Assembly (NCBI GenBank): GCA_039030755.1 | Contig: JBCCDN010000001.1 | Coordinates: 1-56,250, forward strand | Direction: 5' to 3' | Source of the DNA: Planctomycetota bacterium | GTDB lineage: Bacteria > Planctomycetota > Phycisphaerae > Phycisphaerales > Phycisphaeraceae | DNA: 56,250 nucleotides | Shown: positions 1-8,906 of the stretch, piece after piece | Numbering within the stretch: the first letter of the stretch is position 1 | Layout of the letters: every line of letters begins with the position of its first letter | Made by a program: the position numbers and the translations under genes | The notes under the pieces: generated by a model | The model's input: only the letters and a program-made list of their open reading frames with translations | What the model was told of the DNA's origin: nothing | The model's database searches: none

Positions 1-807
1 ACCCGGCCCAACGGCATCTTCCTCGTGACCGGGCCGACAGGCTCTGGGAAAACCACCACGCTCTACTCCGCCCTGAACGACCTGAACACCACCGACCGCA
101 AGATCATCACCGCCGAAGACCCGATCGAATACAACTTCAAAGGCATCAATCAATGCCAAGTCAACATGCAGATGAAGCCGCCGCTCACCTTTCAGTTGAT
201 CCTGAAAGCGATGCTTCGTCAGGCCCCCAACATCATCCTTGTCGGTGAAATCCGCGACAAAGAAGTCGGCGAAGTTGCGGTTCAAGCGGCTTTGACCGGC
301 CATATGGTGTTCTCCACCTTGCACACGAACGATGCGCCATCCGCCATCACGCGTCTGATCGACATGGGCCTCAAGCCGTTTCTCGTCGCCAGTTCGATCC
401 AAGCGGTGCTCGCGCAGCGGCTGGTCCGCATCCTGTGCGAACACTGCAAAGAACCCGACCCCAACCCCGACCGCCGCAAGATGCAGCTCGTGGGCCTTAC
501 TGACGAAGATCTTGAAGGCAAAACCATCTACAAACCCGGCGGCTGCAGCCGGTGCGGCGATACCGGCTTTAAGGGGCGGCAAGGCATCTACGAACTCATG
601 CACATGTCCGCAGAAATCCGTGAACTCGCCTTCAATCGCTCGCCGGTCAGCAAGATTCGGCAAGCCGCCATCGCAGCGGGCATGCGTAACTTGCTGGGTG
701 ACGGCCGACTCAAAATCCTCGAAGGCAAAACCACCCTCGACGAAATCGGCAAGATCACGCAGGTCGAAGGCGTGGTGGAAGACGCCGAGGAAGAACTGGT
801 CGCTTGA
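1..807 (+). CDS. GspE/PilB-family secretion / type IV pilus assembly ATPase, C-terminal part (5-prime end lies upstream of the window)
   Basis: Frame 1 is open from nt 1 ([20 protein letters not shown]). It has a Walker A motif, an Asp box (ILVGEIRD), a His box (STLHTND) and the tetracysteine pair CEHC...CSRC typical of GspE/PilB. It is followed directly by pilT. Confidence 0.9.
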   Translation, partial: TRPNGIFLVTGPTGSGKTTTLYSALNDLNTTDRKIITAEDPIEYNFKGINQCQVNMQMKPPLTFQLILKAMLRQAPNIILVGEIRDKEVGEVAVQAALTGHMVFSTLHTNDAPSAITRLIDMGLKPFLVASSIQAVLAQRLVRILCEHCKEPDPNPDRRKMQLVGLTDEDLEGKTIYKPGGCSRCGDTGFKGRQGIYELMHMSAEIRELAFNRSPVSKIRQAAIAAGMRNLLGDGRLKILEGKTTLDEIGKITQVEGVVEDAEEELVA

Positions 808-872
808 ATCGGTGACGCCGAAGTTCACCCCAACCAATGACGCGCCTCGCGCAATTCTCCAGGAGTACCCCC

Positions 873-2006
873 ATGTCCACGATGCGCATCGACCGTCTGC
901 TTGACACGGTCATCAAACAAGAAGCGTCCGACCTTCACCTCACCGTCGGCAAACCGCCGACCGTCCGCATGTCCGGCCGTCTGATTGAGCTCAAGACCAA
1001 ATCGCTCGATCCCGAAGACACCGTCGCACTGATGAAGGCCATCAGCCCAGAACGCTCCCAGAACGAGCTGCAGGAAGAAGGCGGCTCCGACTTCGGTTTC
1101 GCCTACGGCCCGCAGGACGACCCCGAAAACTCCGCCCGCTTCCGCGTTTCGATCTTCCGGCAAAAGGGCAACGTCGCGATGGTCCTGCGACGCATCCCCA
1201 ACAAGCTGCTCGACATCGACAAGATCGGCCTGCCGCCCATCGTCAAGGACCTCATCCGCCGGCCACGCGGCCTGTTCCTGGTCACCGGACCCACTGGTTC
1301 AGGCAAAACCACCACCCTCGCGTCGATGATCGACTTCATCAACATGGAGCTCGATAGGCACATCATCACCGTCGAAGACCCGATCGAGTACTACCAGCCG
1401 CACAAGAAATCTATCGTCAACCAGCGTGAAGTTGGTACGGACGTGCCCTCGTTCTCCGAAGCGTTGCGGCGCGCGTTGCGTCAAGACCCCGACGTCATTC
1501 TCGTTGGCGAGATGCGCGACCTCGAAACCATCGAAGCGGCGATCACCGCCGCCGAGACCGGCCACTTGGTGTTCGGCACGCTCCACACCAACTCCGCCGC
1601 GGGCACGATCAACCGGCTCATCGACGCGTTCCCCACCAACCAGCAGGCGCAGGTGCGGGCCCAGCTTTCGGTCGCGCTCATCGCCGTGCTCTCTCAGCAG
1701 CTGCTCAAACGCAAGCCCAAGGGCATGATCGCTGCGTACGAATTCATGGTCGTCACCCCCGCCATCTCGAACCTGATCCGCGAAGCGCAGAGCTACAAAA
1801 TTCCTTCGGCGATCCAGACCGGCAAGAAGTTCGGCATGAAGCTGCTCGACGACTTCCTGTGGGAGCTTTACAGCAAGGACCTGATCAACGCCGACGACAT
1901 GGTCGACCGCGCGGCGAACGCCGAGATGATCGCCGAGAAGGTGCACCGCGCTGGCGGGATGGTCGGCCGGGCCGAGCTGGACGACGTCGAAGGCGACGGC
2001 AACTGA
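873..2006 (+). CDS. pilT: Type IV pilus retraction (twitching motility) ATPase PilT
   Basis: AGGAG lies 7 nt upstream of ATG 873. The N-terminus (IDRLLDTVIKQEASDLHL), Walker A ([10 protein letters not shown]), ILVGEMRD, GTLHTNSA and the roughly 377-aa length match PilT/PilU. Confidence 0.9.
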   Translation: MSTMRIDRLLDTVIKQEASDLHLTVGKPPTVRMSGRLIELKTKSLDPEDTVALMKAISPERSQNELQEEGGSDFGFAYGPQDDPENSARFRVSIFRQKGNVAMVLRRIPNKLLDIDKIGLPPIVKDLIRRPRGLFLVTGPTGSGKTTTLASMIDFINMELDRHIITVEDPIEYYQPHKKSIVNQREVGTDVPSFSEALRRALRQDPDVILVGEMRDLETIEAAITAAETGHLVFGTLHTNSAAGTINRLIDAFPTNQQAQVRAQLSVALIAVLSQQLLKRKPKGMIAAYEFMVVTPAISNLIREAQSYKIPSAIQTGKKFGMKLLDDFLWELYSKDLINADDMVDRAANAEMIAEKVHRAGGMVGRAELDDVEGDGN

Positions 2007-2010
2007 ATCC

Positions 2011-2760
2011 TTAACGGTTTGTCGGCAATTCCATACGCGTGAGCAACGCCCGGAGCAGCGCCCGCTGCTCGCGTTGCCACGTCACCACCCCTTTCGGCGT
2101 CCGCATCGAGAGAGACGGCGACTCTGCCAAGCGACGCATCGTCGGCACATCCACAACCATGCTCACGGTTTCGTCGCTCTTGTTTCCCGATCGCTTGCCG
2201 ACGAGGCCCGAGCGCTTGCTCACACGGTCGTAATCGGCCACGGCTAAGTCGAACGTTTCGTCCACGCCCTCGAACGTGACGTGCTCGACATCGGCCAACT
2301 GATCGCCGGTGAATTTGCCTTGGATGAACAACGTGACCGACTCGGGTTGCCCCACCGCCGAATCGCCAGGGAGCGAATAGACGGCCGAGAGAAACAGATC
2401 GCCGACCAACGGCTCGTCTTCGAAAACCAGCGGCCCGGCCGACACGATGGTGCGGCCGTCGCGCTGCTTGACGGTGACGAGGCTGTCGAAACGCTCGGCG
2501 TATTCCCCCGTGGTGACCGCCCCGGCCATGATTTCGAGTTGCGCTTCGCGGGCGTCGAGTTCTTCAGTTCGCCCTTGCAACGCGGCGAGCTGCGACTCCA
2601 GCTTGGCGATCGTGGCGTCGCGCTCGGCGAGCGCCGCTTCGAGTTGGTCGATGCGTTGCTCGAGTTCATCAACGTTCTGCGACGTGGCCGGAATGGGGCA
2701 GGCGAACGCGACGGCGACCAGACCGAACACAACGAATAAATTCGGCGGGTTGTTGTTCAT
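2011..2760 (-). CDS. Hypothetical exported or membrane-anchored coiled-coil protein, translationally coupled to the upstream bactofilin
   Basis: The ATG at 2760 overlaps the stop of the upstream gene (ATGA at 2757-2760). The N-terminus is hydrophobic (LFVVFGLVAVAFA). A heptad-like stretch follows (VDELEQRIDQLEAALAERDATIAKLESQLAALQGRTEELDAREAQLE), then a roughly 170-aa domain I do not recognise. Confidence 0.6.
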   Translation of the reverse strand: MNNNPPNLFVVFGLVAVAFACPIPATSQNVDELEQRIDQLEAALAERDATIAKLESQLAALQGRTEELDAREAQLEIMAGAVTTGEYAERFDSLVTVKQRDGRTIVSAGPLVFEDEPLVGDLFLSAVYSLPGDSAVGQPESVTLFIQGKFTGDQLADVEHVTFEGVDETFDLAVADYDRVSKRSGLVGKRSGNKSDETVSMVVDVPTMRRLAESPSLSMRTPKGVVTWQREQRALLRALLTRMELPTNR

Positions 2761-3212
2761 TTCTTTTTGTCCTTTCGAGGGTCGACGCCGACCTCGGCAC
2801 GCAGGCCGCGCGGGTCGCTGGGGACGTGGAACATACTCGGCTTTACCTTCGCCCCCGATTCCATCACCACGTCGTGGGCGTGGAGGTGGCCCTTGAACTC
2901 GGACTTGGGCCCGAGCTTCAGCGTGCCGCCACAGATGATGTCCTTGGCGTCGATGATGCCCTGACTCTCGATGCCGCCGTGGGCCTCGAGGTGTTCGCAG
3001 ATCAGGCGAGCGCGTTTGCCGACCACGATTTTGCCGCAAGTCCGCAACTCTCGGATGGGACCGCGACGCTTGCCGTTGGCGACGATCTCGTCGGCGACAA
3101 TCACGGGTTTGTGACAGCCGGGGCACGACGTGGACTGAGCCATCGCGCCCACCTCGAAACGGTGGCCACACAGGTAGCACTGCACCGGCTTGGGTCCGGT
3201 CGATCGGGCCAA
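2757..3212 (-). CDS. Bactofilin-like (polymer-forming cytoskeletal) protein with an N-terminal zinc ribbon
   Basis: The CYLC...CPGC pair lies in the first 35 aa. A beta-helix-like repeat pattern with regularly spaced G/I/V follows (GKIVVGKRARLICEHLEAHGGIESQGIIDAKDIICGGTLKLGPKSEFKGHLHAHDVVMESGAKV), as in the bactofilin DUF583 fold. The tail is basic. Confidence 0.65.
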   Translation of the reverse strand: MARSTGPKPVQCYLCGHRFEVGAMAQSTSCPGCHKPVIVADEIVANGKRRGPIRELRTCGKIVVGKRARLICEHLEAHGGIESQGIIDAKDIICGGTLKLGPKSEFKGHLHAHDVVMESGAKVKPSMFHVPSDPRGLRAEVGVDPRKDKKK

Positions 3213-3327
3213 GAGCGATTCCGTGGGGACGTCGGATCAAGCCACGCGCGGACGCGCGACATACACACCGCCCACGCGACAGCGGCGCGCAGAGCGGACG
3301 GCGAGGCTCGGGGTTCGCGAGCCGGGC

Positions 3328-3765
3328 TTACTTCTTGTCGCTGGGCTGACCGACAGGCTTGCCGCCACCGCCGCCCGAGGACGCAGCGCCGCCTTGGTTG
3401 CCGGCGTTCTTCTTCGCGTCGGGCCCGACGGCGCACATGCCGTAGAAGCTCGCGCCCTCGGCCATGACCATCTTGGCCGCGGTGATGTCGCCTTGTACGG
3501 TGCCGTTTGCGTTGAGACGGACGGTGTCGTTCGCCACGACGTTGCCTTCGATCGTGCCGTCGATGTTGGCGGTGGATGCCTCGACGTCCGCTTGGCAGGT
3601 CGCGTTGTTGACGACCTGAAGCTCGCCCTTGCCGGTGATCTTGCCGTCGAACTTGCCGATGATCTTGGCGGTCCGCTCGAACATCAGCTCGCCCTTGAAA
3701 TGGGAATCGGCGCCGACGACCGTGGTTTCGCCGCTGTTTCCGGTGTTTCCGGGGTTCTCTGCCAT
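3328..3765 (-). CDS. Bactofilin family protein
   Basis: Typical bactofilin core (FKGELMFERTAKIIGKFDGKITGKGELQVVNNATCQADVEASTANIDGTIEGNVVANDTVRLNANGTVQGDITAAKMVMAEGASFYG) with a Gly-rich basic C-terminal tail. Confidence 0.8.
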   Translation of the reverse strand: MAENPGNTGNSGETTVVGADSHFKGELMFERTAKIIGKFDGKITGKGELQVVNNATCQADVEASTANIDGTIEGNVVANDTVRLNANGTVQGDITAAKMVMAEGASFYGMCAVGPDAKKNAGNQGGAASSGGGGGKPVGQPSDKK

Positions 3766-3889
3766 GTCACAACTCCTTGTGGGGAAGGGAAATACTTCCG
3801 GTGGGGCGCAGCTACAGCGTTGCGCCGCCGGAAGTGAGATTGTACTTGGGCGGCAGTGGCGAACGGTGCGGGCGTGGCTACGCTGGAGA

Positions 3890-4312
3890 ATGCTGAAAAC
3901 CGTGATGCGTTGGGCGGCCGGGGTGACGTTCGTGTTGGCGGGGCTGAACCATTTCCGTGATCCGGATTTTTATCTGCCGTTGATTCCAGAAGTGCTGGGT
4001 TGGCCGGAGTTCTGGAACGCGTTCACGGGCATCGCGGAAGTGGTCGGCGGGTTGGCGTTGCTGGTACCGCCATTACGCCAAGCCGCGGCGATTGGCCTGA
4101 TCTTGATGCTGCTGGGGTTCATGTGGGTCCACATCGACATGGTGGTGCATCCCGAAAAGTCGCCGTTCGGTGCGGATACGCCGATGTGGGTGCTGTGGTC
4201 GCGGCTGCCTTTTCAATTCGTGTTGATCGCGTGGGTTGGGTGGGTAGGCGGATGGCCTTGGGGCCAGCGAAAGCCTGCGGACGATGACCCGCCTGTTCGG
4301 AATCGTTCGTGA
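3890..4312 (+). CDS. Small integral membrane protein, DoxX-like
   Basis: The internal ATG at 3890 removes a non-protein-like N-terminal extension. The protein has four hydrophobic helices (AAGVTFVLAGLNHF, GIAEVVGGLALLVP, AAIGLILMLLGFMWVHI, FQFVLIAWVGWVGG). The family assignment is tentative. Confidence 0.5.
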   Translation: MLKTVMRWAAGVTFVLAGLNHFRDPDFYLPLIPEVLGWPEFWNAFTGIAEVVGGLALLVPPLRQAAAIGLILMLLGFMWVHIDMVVHPEKSPFGADTPMWVLWSRLPFQFVLIAWVGWVGGWPWGQRKPADDDPPVRNRS

Positions 4313-4320
4313 CGATCTCT

Positions 4321-5589
4321 CTAGGCCGCGTCGATGGCGACTTGCGCAACACGCTCGGGGAGGCGGGGCGTTAGGGTTTCGGTAACGAGTTTGCCGATGT
4401 TCAGCGATGCAGTCGCAGCGGGCGACGGGGCGTTATTGATGTTCACGACGCCCTCGCCTTGATCGATGATGAAATCGTCCACGAGCGTGCCGTCGGGCTT
4501 GAGCGCTTGGGCGCGGATGCCGCTGGGGCAAGCCTCCAGGTGTTTCGCTTCGATCTCGGGCATGAGGCGTTGCAAGGCTTTCACGAACGCGGCCTTGTTG
4601 TAGCTCCGCCACATTTCGCCCATGCCCATCTTCCAGTGCTTAAGCGCCATCTTGTGGAAGCCGGTGTACGTCAGCGATTCCATCAGGTCTTTGAGATTCA
4701 TTTCGAACTTGCCGTAGCACTCGCGTCCCAGCGCGAGCACCGCATTGGGGCCGCACTCGACGCCTCCGTGGATCATGCTCGTGAAGTGCACGCCCAGGAA
4801 CGGGAACGCGGGGTCGGGCACGGGATAGATCAGCGTCTTGCAGAGGTGGTGCACCTCGGGTTTGAGCTCGAAGTACTCGCCACGGAACGGGACGATCTGG
4901 GCGGTGGGTTCCATGCCCGCGAGCTTGGTGACGCGGTCGCACTGCAGGCCAGCGCAGTTGACAATGAGGTTCGCACGGACGTCGCCGCTGGCGGTTTCGA
5001 GGGTCCAGTGTCCCTGCGCGTCGCGGGATGCGCCGTGGACACCGGCGCTGGTCTTGATGTCGTGGCCGGCCGCGGTCATCAGCTCGGCCATTTTTTCGCA
5101 GACTTGTTTGTAGTCGACGATGCCGGACTCGGGCACGTGGATCGCGCCGATGGTATTGACGTGCGGCTCGAGTTCGCGGCATTCCTCGGCAGACACCATG
5201 CGGCAGTTGACGCCGTTGGCTTGGCCGCGTTCGAAGATGTCCTGCATCTTCGGGAGTTCTTTTTCGTGCGTCGCGACGATGACTTTGCCGCAAAGCTTGT
5301 ACGGGATGTCGTGCTCTTCACAGAACGCTTCCATCGCTTTTTTGCCGGCCCGGCAGTTGATCGCCTTGAGCGAGCCGGGCTTGTAGTAGATGCCGCTGTG
5401 GAGGACGCCGGAGTTGTGGCCGGTCTGGTGGTGCGCGAGCGTGTCTTCTTTCTCGAGCACCGCTAAACGCAGGTGCGGGTGCTGCTGCGTCAGGTTGTAC
5501 GCGGTGGCGAGGCCGACGATGCCGCCGCCGATGATGGCGACGTCGTACTGGGTGCGGGTGGTCGTCGTGGCGGGTAGCGTCATGAACAT
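4321..5589 (-). CDS. lhgO: L-2-hydroxyglutarate oxidase (FAD-dependent)
   Basis: Starting at ATG 5589 gives 422 aa. It has the FAD fold [16 protein letters not shown] and matches E. coli LhgO/YgaF closely throughout ([57 protein letters not shown]). Confidence 0.9.
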   Translation of the reverse strand: MFMTLPATTTTRTQYDVAIIGGGIVGLATAYNLTQQHPHLRLAVLEKEDTLAHHQTGHNSGVLHSGIYYKPGSLKAINCRAGKKAMEAFCEEHDIPYKLCGKVIVATHEKELPKMQDIFERGQANGVNCRMVSAEECRELEPHVNTIGAIHVPESGIVDYKQVCEKMAELMTAAGHDIKTSAGVHGASRDAQGHWTLETASGDVRANLIVNCAGLQCDRVTKLAGMEPTAQIVPFRGEYFELKPEVHHLCKTLIYPVPDPAFPFLGVHFTSMIHGGVECGPNAVLALGRECYGKFEMNLKDLMESLTYTGFHKMALKHWKMGMGEMWRSYNKAAFVKALQRLMPEIEAKHLEACPSGIRAQALKPDGTLVDDFIIDQGEGVVNINNAPSPAATASLNIGKLVTETLTPRLPERVAQVAIDAA

Positions 5590-5614
5590 AGTTTTGCTTG
5601 TTTTTGTAAGGCTG

Positions 5615-6394
5615 TCACGCGGTCCGGCGACGGCGGAGTTGTTCGCGTTGCAGGTCGGCGGCGAGGCGGGCGAGGGTTTCAGCGATGCTGCGATGGCGGG
5701 CGTTGTCTTCGAACTCGAATTCGAGGCCGACGTAGGTTCGGTTGGCGGCTTCCTTGACGATCCGGCGGACGCGTGCGGGGATGGTGAACGCGTCCTCGCG
5801 CTGCGGTGGGGAGACGATGAAGTCGAAGGCGTGGCCGCGCATGCCTTCGAGTTGATCGGCGGGCAATTCAACGCGTACGCCCACGCCGCCGGCCGAGAGG
5901 TTGAGCAGGTGTCCGAGGATGGGCTGTAATCCCAAGCCACTGTCGCCGACATCGTTAATCGTCACGCGGTCGAACCCGGCCGCAGAGGTGTCCACACGGA
6001 ACGACGAGCGGCGCTGGGCCGAGCCGATGTCGCCGACGCGTTGGAGACGCAGCGCGGTGAGACGTTGTCGTTCGTTGAGTTGATGACTGAAGGCTTCGAT
6101 CACTTCATAAGACGCGACGAGCCGGAGCATCTCGGTGTGTAAGTAGACATCGACGCGGCTGCGGGAGGGCGTGGGTTTGGGATGATCGTTGGTCGGCCGG
6201 GGGCGTTCGAGGATGAGCGTGTCGCTGCCGTTCTGGACGTGCAACTCGAACGGGCGAACACGTTGACGCAACGGGGGCAGGTCACTCCCGGCTTCGGGCT
6301 GCCACGCGATTTCCATCGTGCCGTTGTGGTCGATGAGTTCGTCCACGGCACGGTGCCAAGTGAGCAGGAGCGGGTTGGGGCGGGCGTGGGGCAC
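5615..6394 (-). CDS. PilZ-domain protein (putative c-di-GMP receptor, YcgR-like two-domain layout)
   Basis: The C-terminal half carries both PilZ signature motifs: RRSSFR (RxxxR), then NLSAGG (D/NxSxxG) 31 residues later. Confidence 0.7.
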   Translation of the reverse strand: MPHARPNPLLLTWHRAVDELIDHNGTMEIAWQPEAGSDLPPLRQRVRPFELHVQNGSDTLILERPRPTNDHPKPTPSRSRVDVYLHTEMLRLVASYEVIEAFSHQLNERQRLTALRLQRVGDIGSAQRRSSFRVDTSAAGFDRVTINDVGDSGLGLQPILGHLLNLSAGGVGVRVELPADQLEGMRGHAFDFIVSPPQREDAFTIPARVRRIVKEAANRTYVGLEFEFEDNARHRSIAETLARLAADLQREQLRRRRTA

Positions 6395-6522
6395 GGGCTA
6401 GTGAGCGTTCCGGGTTTCGGTGATTACAGCAATTCCGCTCTGTAGCCATCGGCCGCGGAGTGCCCCTAGGTCAGTTCACAGCCGACTTCTCGGACCCACG
6501 TTCGGCTTGAGCTTTCTTTCGC

Positions 6523-7593
6523 TCAGCGCTCCCGCCGTGCAAGCACCCACGCGCCGGGCAACGACACCACGACCAATGCGAGCCGGTGAATGAGAAAGAC
6601 CGCGAACACTGCATTGGTCAGCGCCGCGTCGTCGCCCACGCCGAGCATCAGCACCGCAATACCTTCCATGACGCCCAAGCCTTGGTAGGTCAGCGGGACC
6701 GACGCCGCCGCGAGCGCGATCGGTACCGCGACAAACACCGCTCCCGGAAGCAAGTCGACGCTAAGTGCGAACGCTGCCGCCACCGCCGCGCCGGCCAGCG
6801 CGACGTGGATCACCAGACCCAGTGCCCAGGCCACCAACACCGGAACGAAACGCCGCTTGCGGTAAGCCTCGGCGGTATCCAGCAGGCTGCCCGTCACGGC
6901 CCCGACGCCTCGGATCTCGCGCAGAAAGCCCAAGCGTTGCGTCATCACCCGACCCAGCGCGAGATACAACGCCATGGTCATCAGCCCCGCCGCGACCCCC
7001 GCCCCGCCCACGAGCGCGACCCGCCGGCTTAACGGATCGTCGAAACGCGTCGCCGCCGCGAGCGTCGCGAGCAACACCAACCCCGCCATGCCGCAGCCGC
7101 GGTCGGCAACCAGCGACAGCAATGCCCCGCCCATTTTCCCGGGCTCGTCCGGGCGGCCCGTATCGCGCTGCGCCCGCGCCCACTTCGCCGCGACCACCGC
7201 CCGCACCACATCTCCGCCCGTCGACCCCACCGGTACCGCGTAATTCAAAAACTGCCCCATCCACGTCAACCGAAGCACCCGCCCGTAGGTCGCCTCAATT
7301 CCGACACCGCGCAGAAGCACGCACCACCTTGCCGACGCCAACGGCACGACCGGGGTCATGCACGCAACGACCAGCAACAATCCGACCGGCGAGGCGTCCC
7401 CGAGCAACTCCAAAAAGCCCGGCTGCGTCACACCCTGCTCATCCACAAACGGCCGCCAACGCACCGAGTACGCGATATACCCCAAACCCGCCGCCGCGAT
7501 AAGTAGCCGCAGCACGGCCCAGACCCAACCCGCGCTGCGCGATGTTCCCGGTGGTTCGACGGCCTCGGGTTGGTCGGGGGCACACTCGGGCAA
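6523..7593 (-). CDS. Flippase-like / lysylphosphatidylglycerol-synthase transmembrane-domain family membrane protein
   Basis: Polytopic membrane protein with the conserved GSTGGDVVRA loop typical of the LPG_synthase_TM (UPF0104) family. The start is uncertain because ATG 7593 leaves only 23 nt to the divergent neighbour. Confidence 0.6.
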   Translation of the reverse strand: MPECAPDQPEAVEPPGTSRSAGWVWAVLRLLIAAAGLGYIAYSVRWRPFVDEQGVTQPGFLELLGDASPVGLLLVVACMTPVVPLASARWCVLLRGVGIEATYGRVLRLTWMGQFLNYAVPVGSTGGDVVRAVVAAKWARAQRDTGRPDEPGKMGGALLSLVADRGCGMAGLVLLATLAAATRFDDPLSRRVALVGGAGVAAGLMTMALYLALGRVMTQRLGFLREIRGVGAVTGSLLDTAEAYRKRRFVPVLVAWALGLVIHVALAGAAVAAAFALSVDLLPGAVFVAVPIALAAASVPLTYQGLGVMEGIAVLMLGVGDDAALTNAVFAVFLIHRLALVVVSLPGAWVLARRER

Positions 7594-7616
7594 GCCGGCG
7601 AGCGTACCATTTGGCG

Positions 7617-8816
7617 ATGCCCAAGCACTTCATCACCACCGTCCTGGCCGCAGCCGTCTTGCTCGGATTCATCCTCACGCAACCCGCCGCCGCCCTCGAT
7701 GCCCCGCGCGAAACCCAGGCCCGCCAAGCCGTCCAACGCGGGCTCGACTTCCTCGCCTCCGAGCAAGCCCAGGACGGAAGCTGGACCCCGCAAGTCGGAC
7801 CGGCCGTCACCGCGCTGGCGCTCCGCGGCTACCTCGACCAACCCGACGCAGACATCACCGATCCCGCCACCGCCAAAGCCTTGGCGTACGTCCTCGCACG
7901 CGCCCAGGCCGACGGCTCGATCCGCGACGGGCAGGACGGCATCCTCGCCAACTACAACACCGCCATCGCCGTGTCCGCGCTTACGCGGGTTCCGCACGAT
8001 GCCGCTATTGCCGCCGAAGCGAAGGCCGCCGTGCAAGCCGGGGTCAACTTCCTGCGCGGCCTCCAATGGCAGACCGGCATGACCGACCCCGACGGTAACG
8101 CCATCGACGAAGACCACCCCTGGTTCGGCGGCGCCGGCTACGGCAACAACGGCCGGCCCGACCTCTCCAACACCCAGTTCATGCTCGAAGCCCTTCACGA
8201 AGCGGGCGTCCCCGCCGATGACCCGGCCTTCCAACGCGCTTTAGTCTTCATCACCCGCCTCCAAGGCACCGCCGCGAACGACTATTGGCCCGAAGGCACG
8301 GTCGAGCAAGACGGCGGCTTCATCTACGCCACCTCCGTCAACCAGGACCTCATCGGCATCCCGCAATCCATGGCCAGCCCCGACATGACCGATGAGGCCC
8401 GTGCCGGTCGCCCCGTCTCGGGCCTCCGCAACTATGGCTCGATGACCTACGCCGGGTTCAAGTCCTACCTCTACGCCGATCTCAAACCCGACGACCAACG
8501 CGTCCACGACGCCTTGTCCTGGATCCAAGCCAACTACACCCTCGACCGCAACCCAGGTATGCCGCCGAACGTCGACCAGCAGGGGCTGTTTTATTACTAC
8601 CTCGTGCAGGGCCGAGCACTCGCCGCGTTTGGCGCCGACAAGCTCGATACCGTTGCCGACGGCCCGATCGATTGGCGGGCCAACCTGATCGAGGCCCTGC
8701 TCGAACGCCAAAACGACGACGGCAGTTGGGCCAACACCGAGCCGCGATGGATGGAAACCGACCCCCACCTCGTGACCGCCTACGCGATCCTGACGCTGCA
8801 GGAAGCGTTGAAGTAA
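7617..8816 (+). CDS. Secreted prenyltransferase/squalene-oxidase-repeat (terpenoid cyclase-like alpha/alpha toroid) protein
   Basis: ATG 7617 gives a clean signal peptide (MPKHFITTVLAAAVLLGFILTQPAAA). QxxxGSW-type repeats recur (QAQDGSWTP, QADGSIRDG, QNDDGSWAN) and the spacing is rich in aromatics. Confidence 0.65.
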   Translation: MPKHFITTVLAAAVLLGFILTQPAAALDAPRETQARQAVQRGLDFLASEQAQDGSWTPQVGPAVTALALRGYLDQPDADITDPATAKALAYVLARAQADGSIRDGQDGILANYNTAIAVSALTRVPHDAAIAAEAKAAVQAGVNFLRGLQWQTGMTDPDGNAIDEDHPWFGGAGYGNNGRPDLSNTQFMLEALHEAGVPADDPAFQRALVFITRLQGTAANDYWPEGTVEQDGGFIYATSVNQDLIGIPQSMASPDMTDEARAGRPVSGLRNYGSMTYAGFKSYLYADLKPDDQRVHDALSWIQANYTLDRNPGMPPNVDQQGLFYYYLVQGRALAAFGADKLDTVADGPIDWRANLIEALLERQNDDGSWANTEPRWMETDPHLVTAYAILTLQEALK

Positions 8817-8906
8817 ACCACAATCAATAACCTAATTTTTCTTGGCGTCACTGGTTGAATCCGGTACGTTTCCTGTGCCTCGTTAAAACGTGCTGTGGAG
8901 AGAATC

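Noticed and set aside
2011-3240. 409-aa ORF spanning the coiled-coil gene and the region of the Zn-ribbon bactofilin
   Set aside because: The N-terminal roughly 160 aa are R/P/G-rich and not protein-like. They overlap, in another frame, the much more convincing bactofilin ORF at 2757-3212. The real gene starts at ATG 2760.
5590-5952. N-terminal extension of the lhgO ORF (543-aa version)
   Set aside because: The extension is S/P/A/T-rich junk overlapping the PilZ gene. ATG 5589 gives exactly the 422-aa LhgO length and the canonical FAD-fold N-terminus.
6765-8234. Long ORFs 6765-7502 (+), 7358-8098 (+), 7428-8234 (-) and 7570-8082 (+)
   Set aside because: They are Pro/Arg/Ala-rich, overlap each other and lie opposite or out of frame to well-supported genes (the LPG-synthase-TM-like and prenyltransferase-repeat genes). 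These are typical high-GC shadow ORFs.
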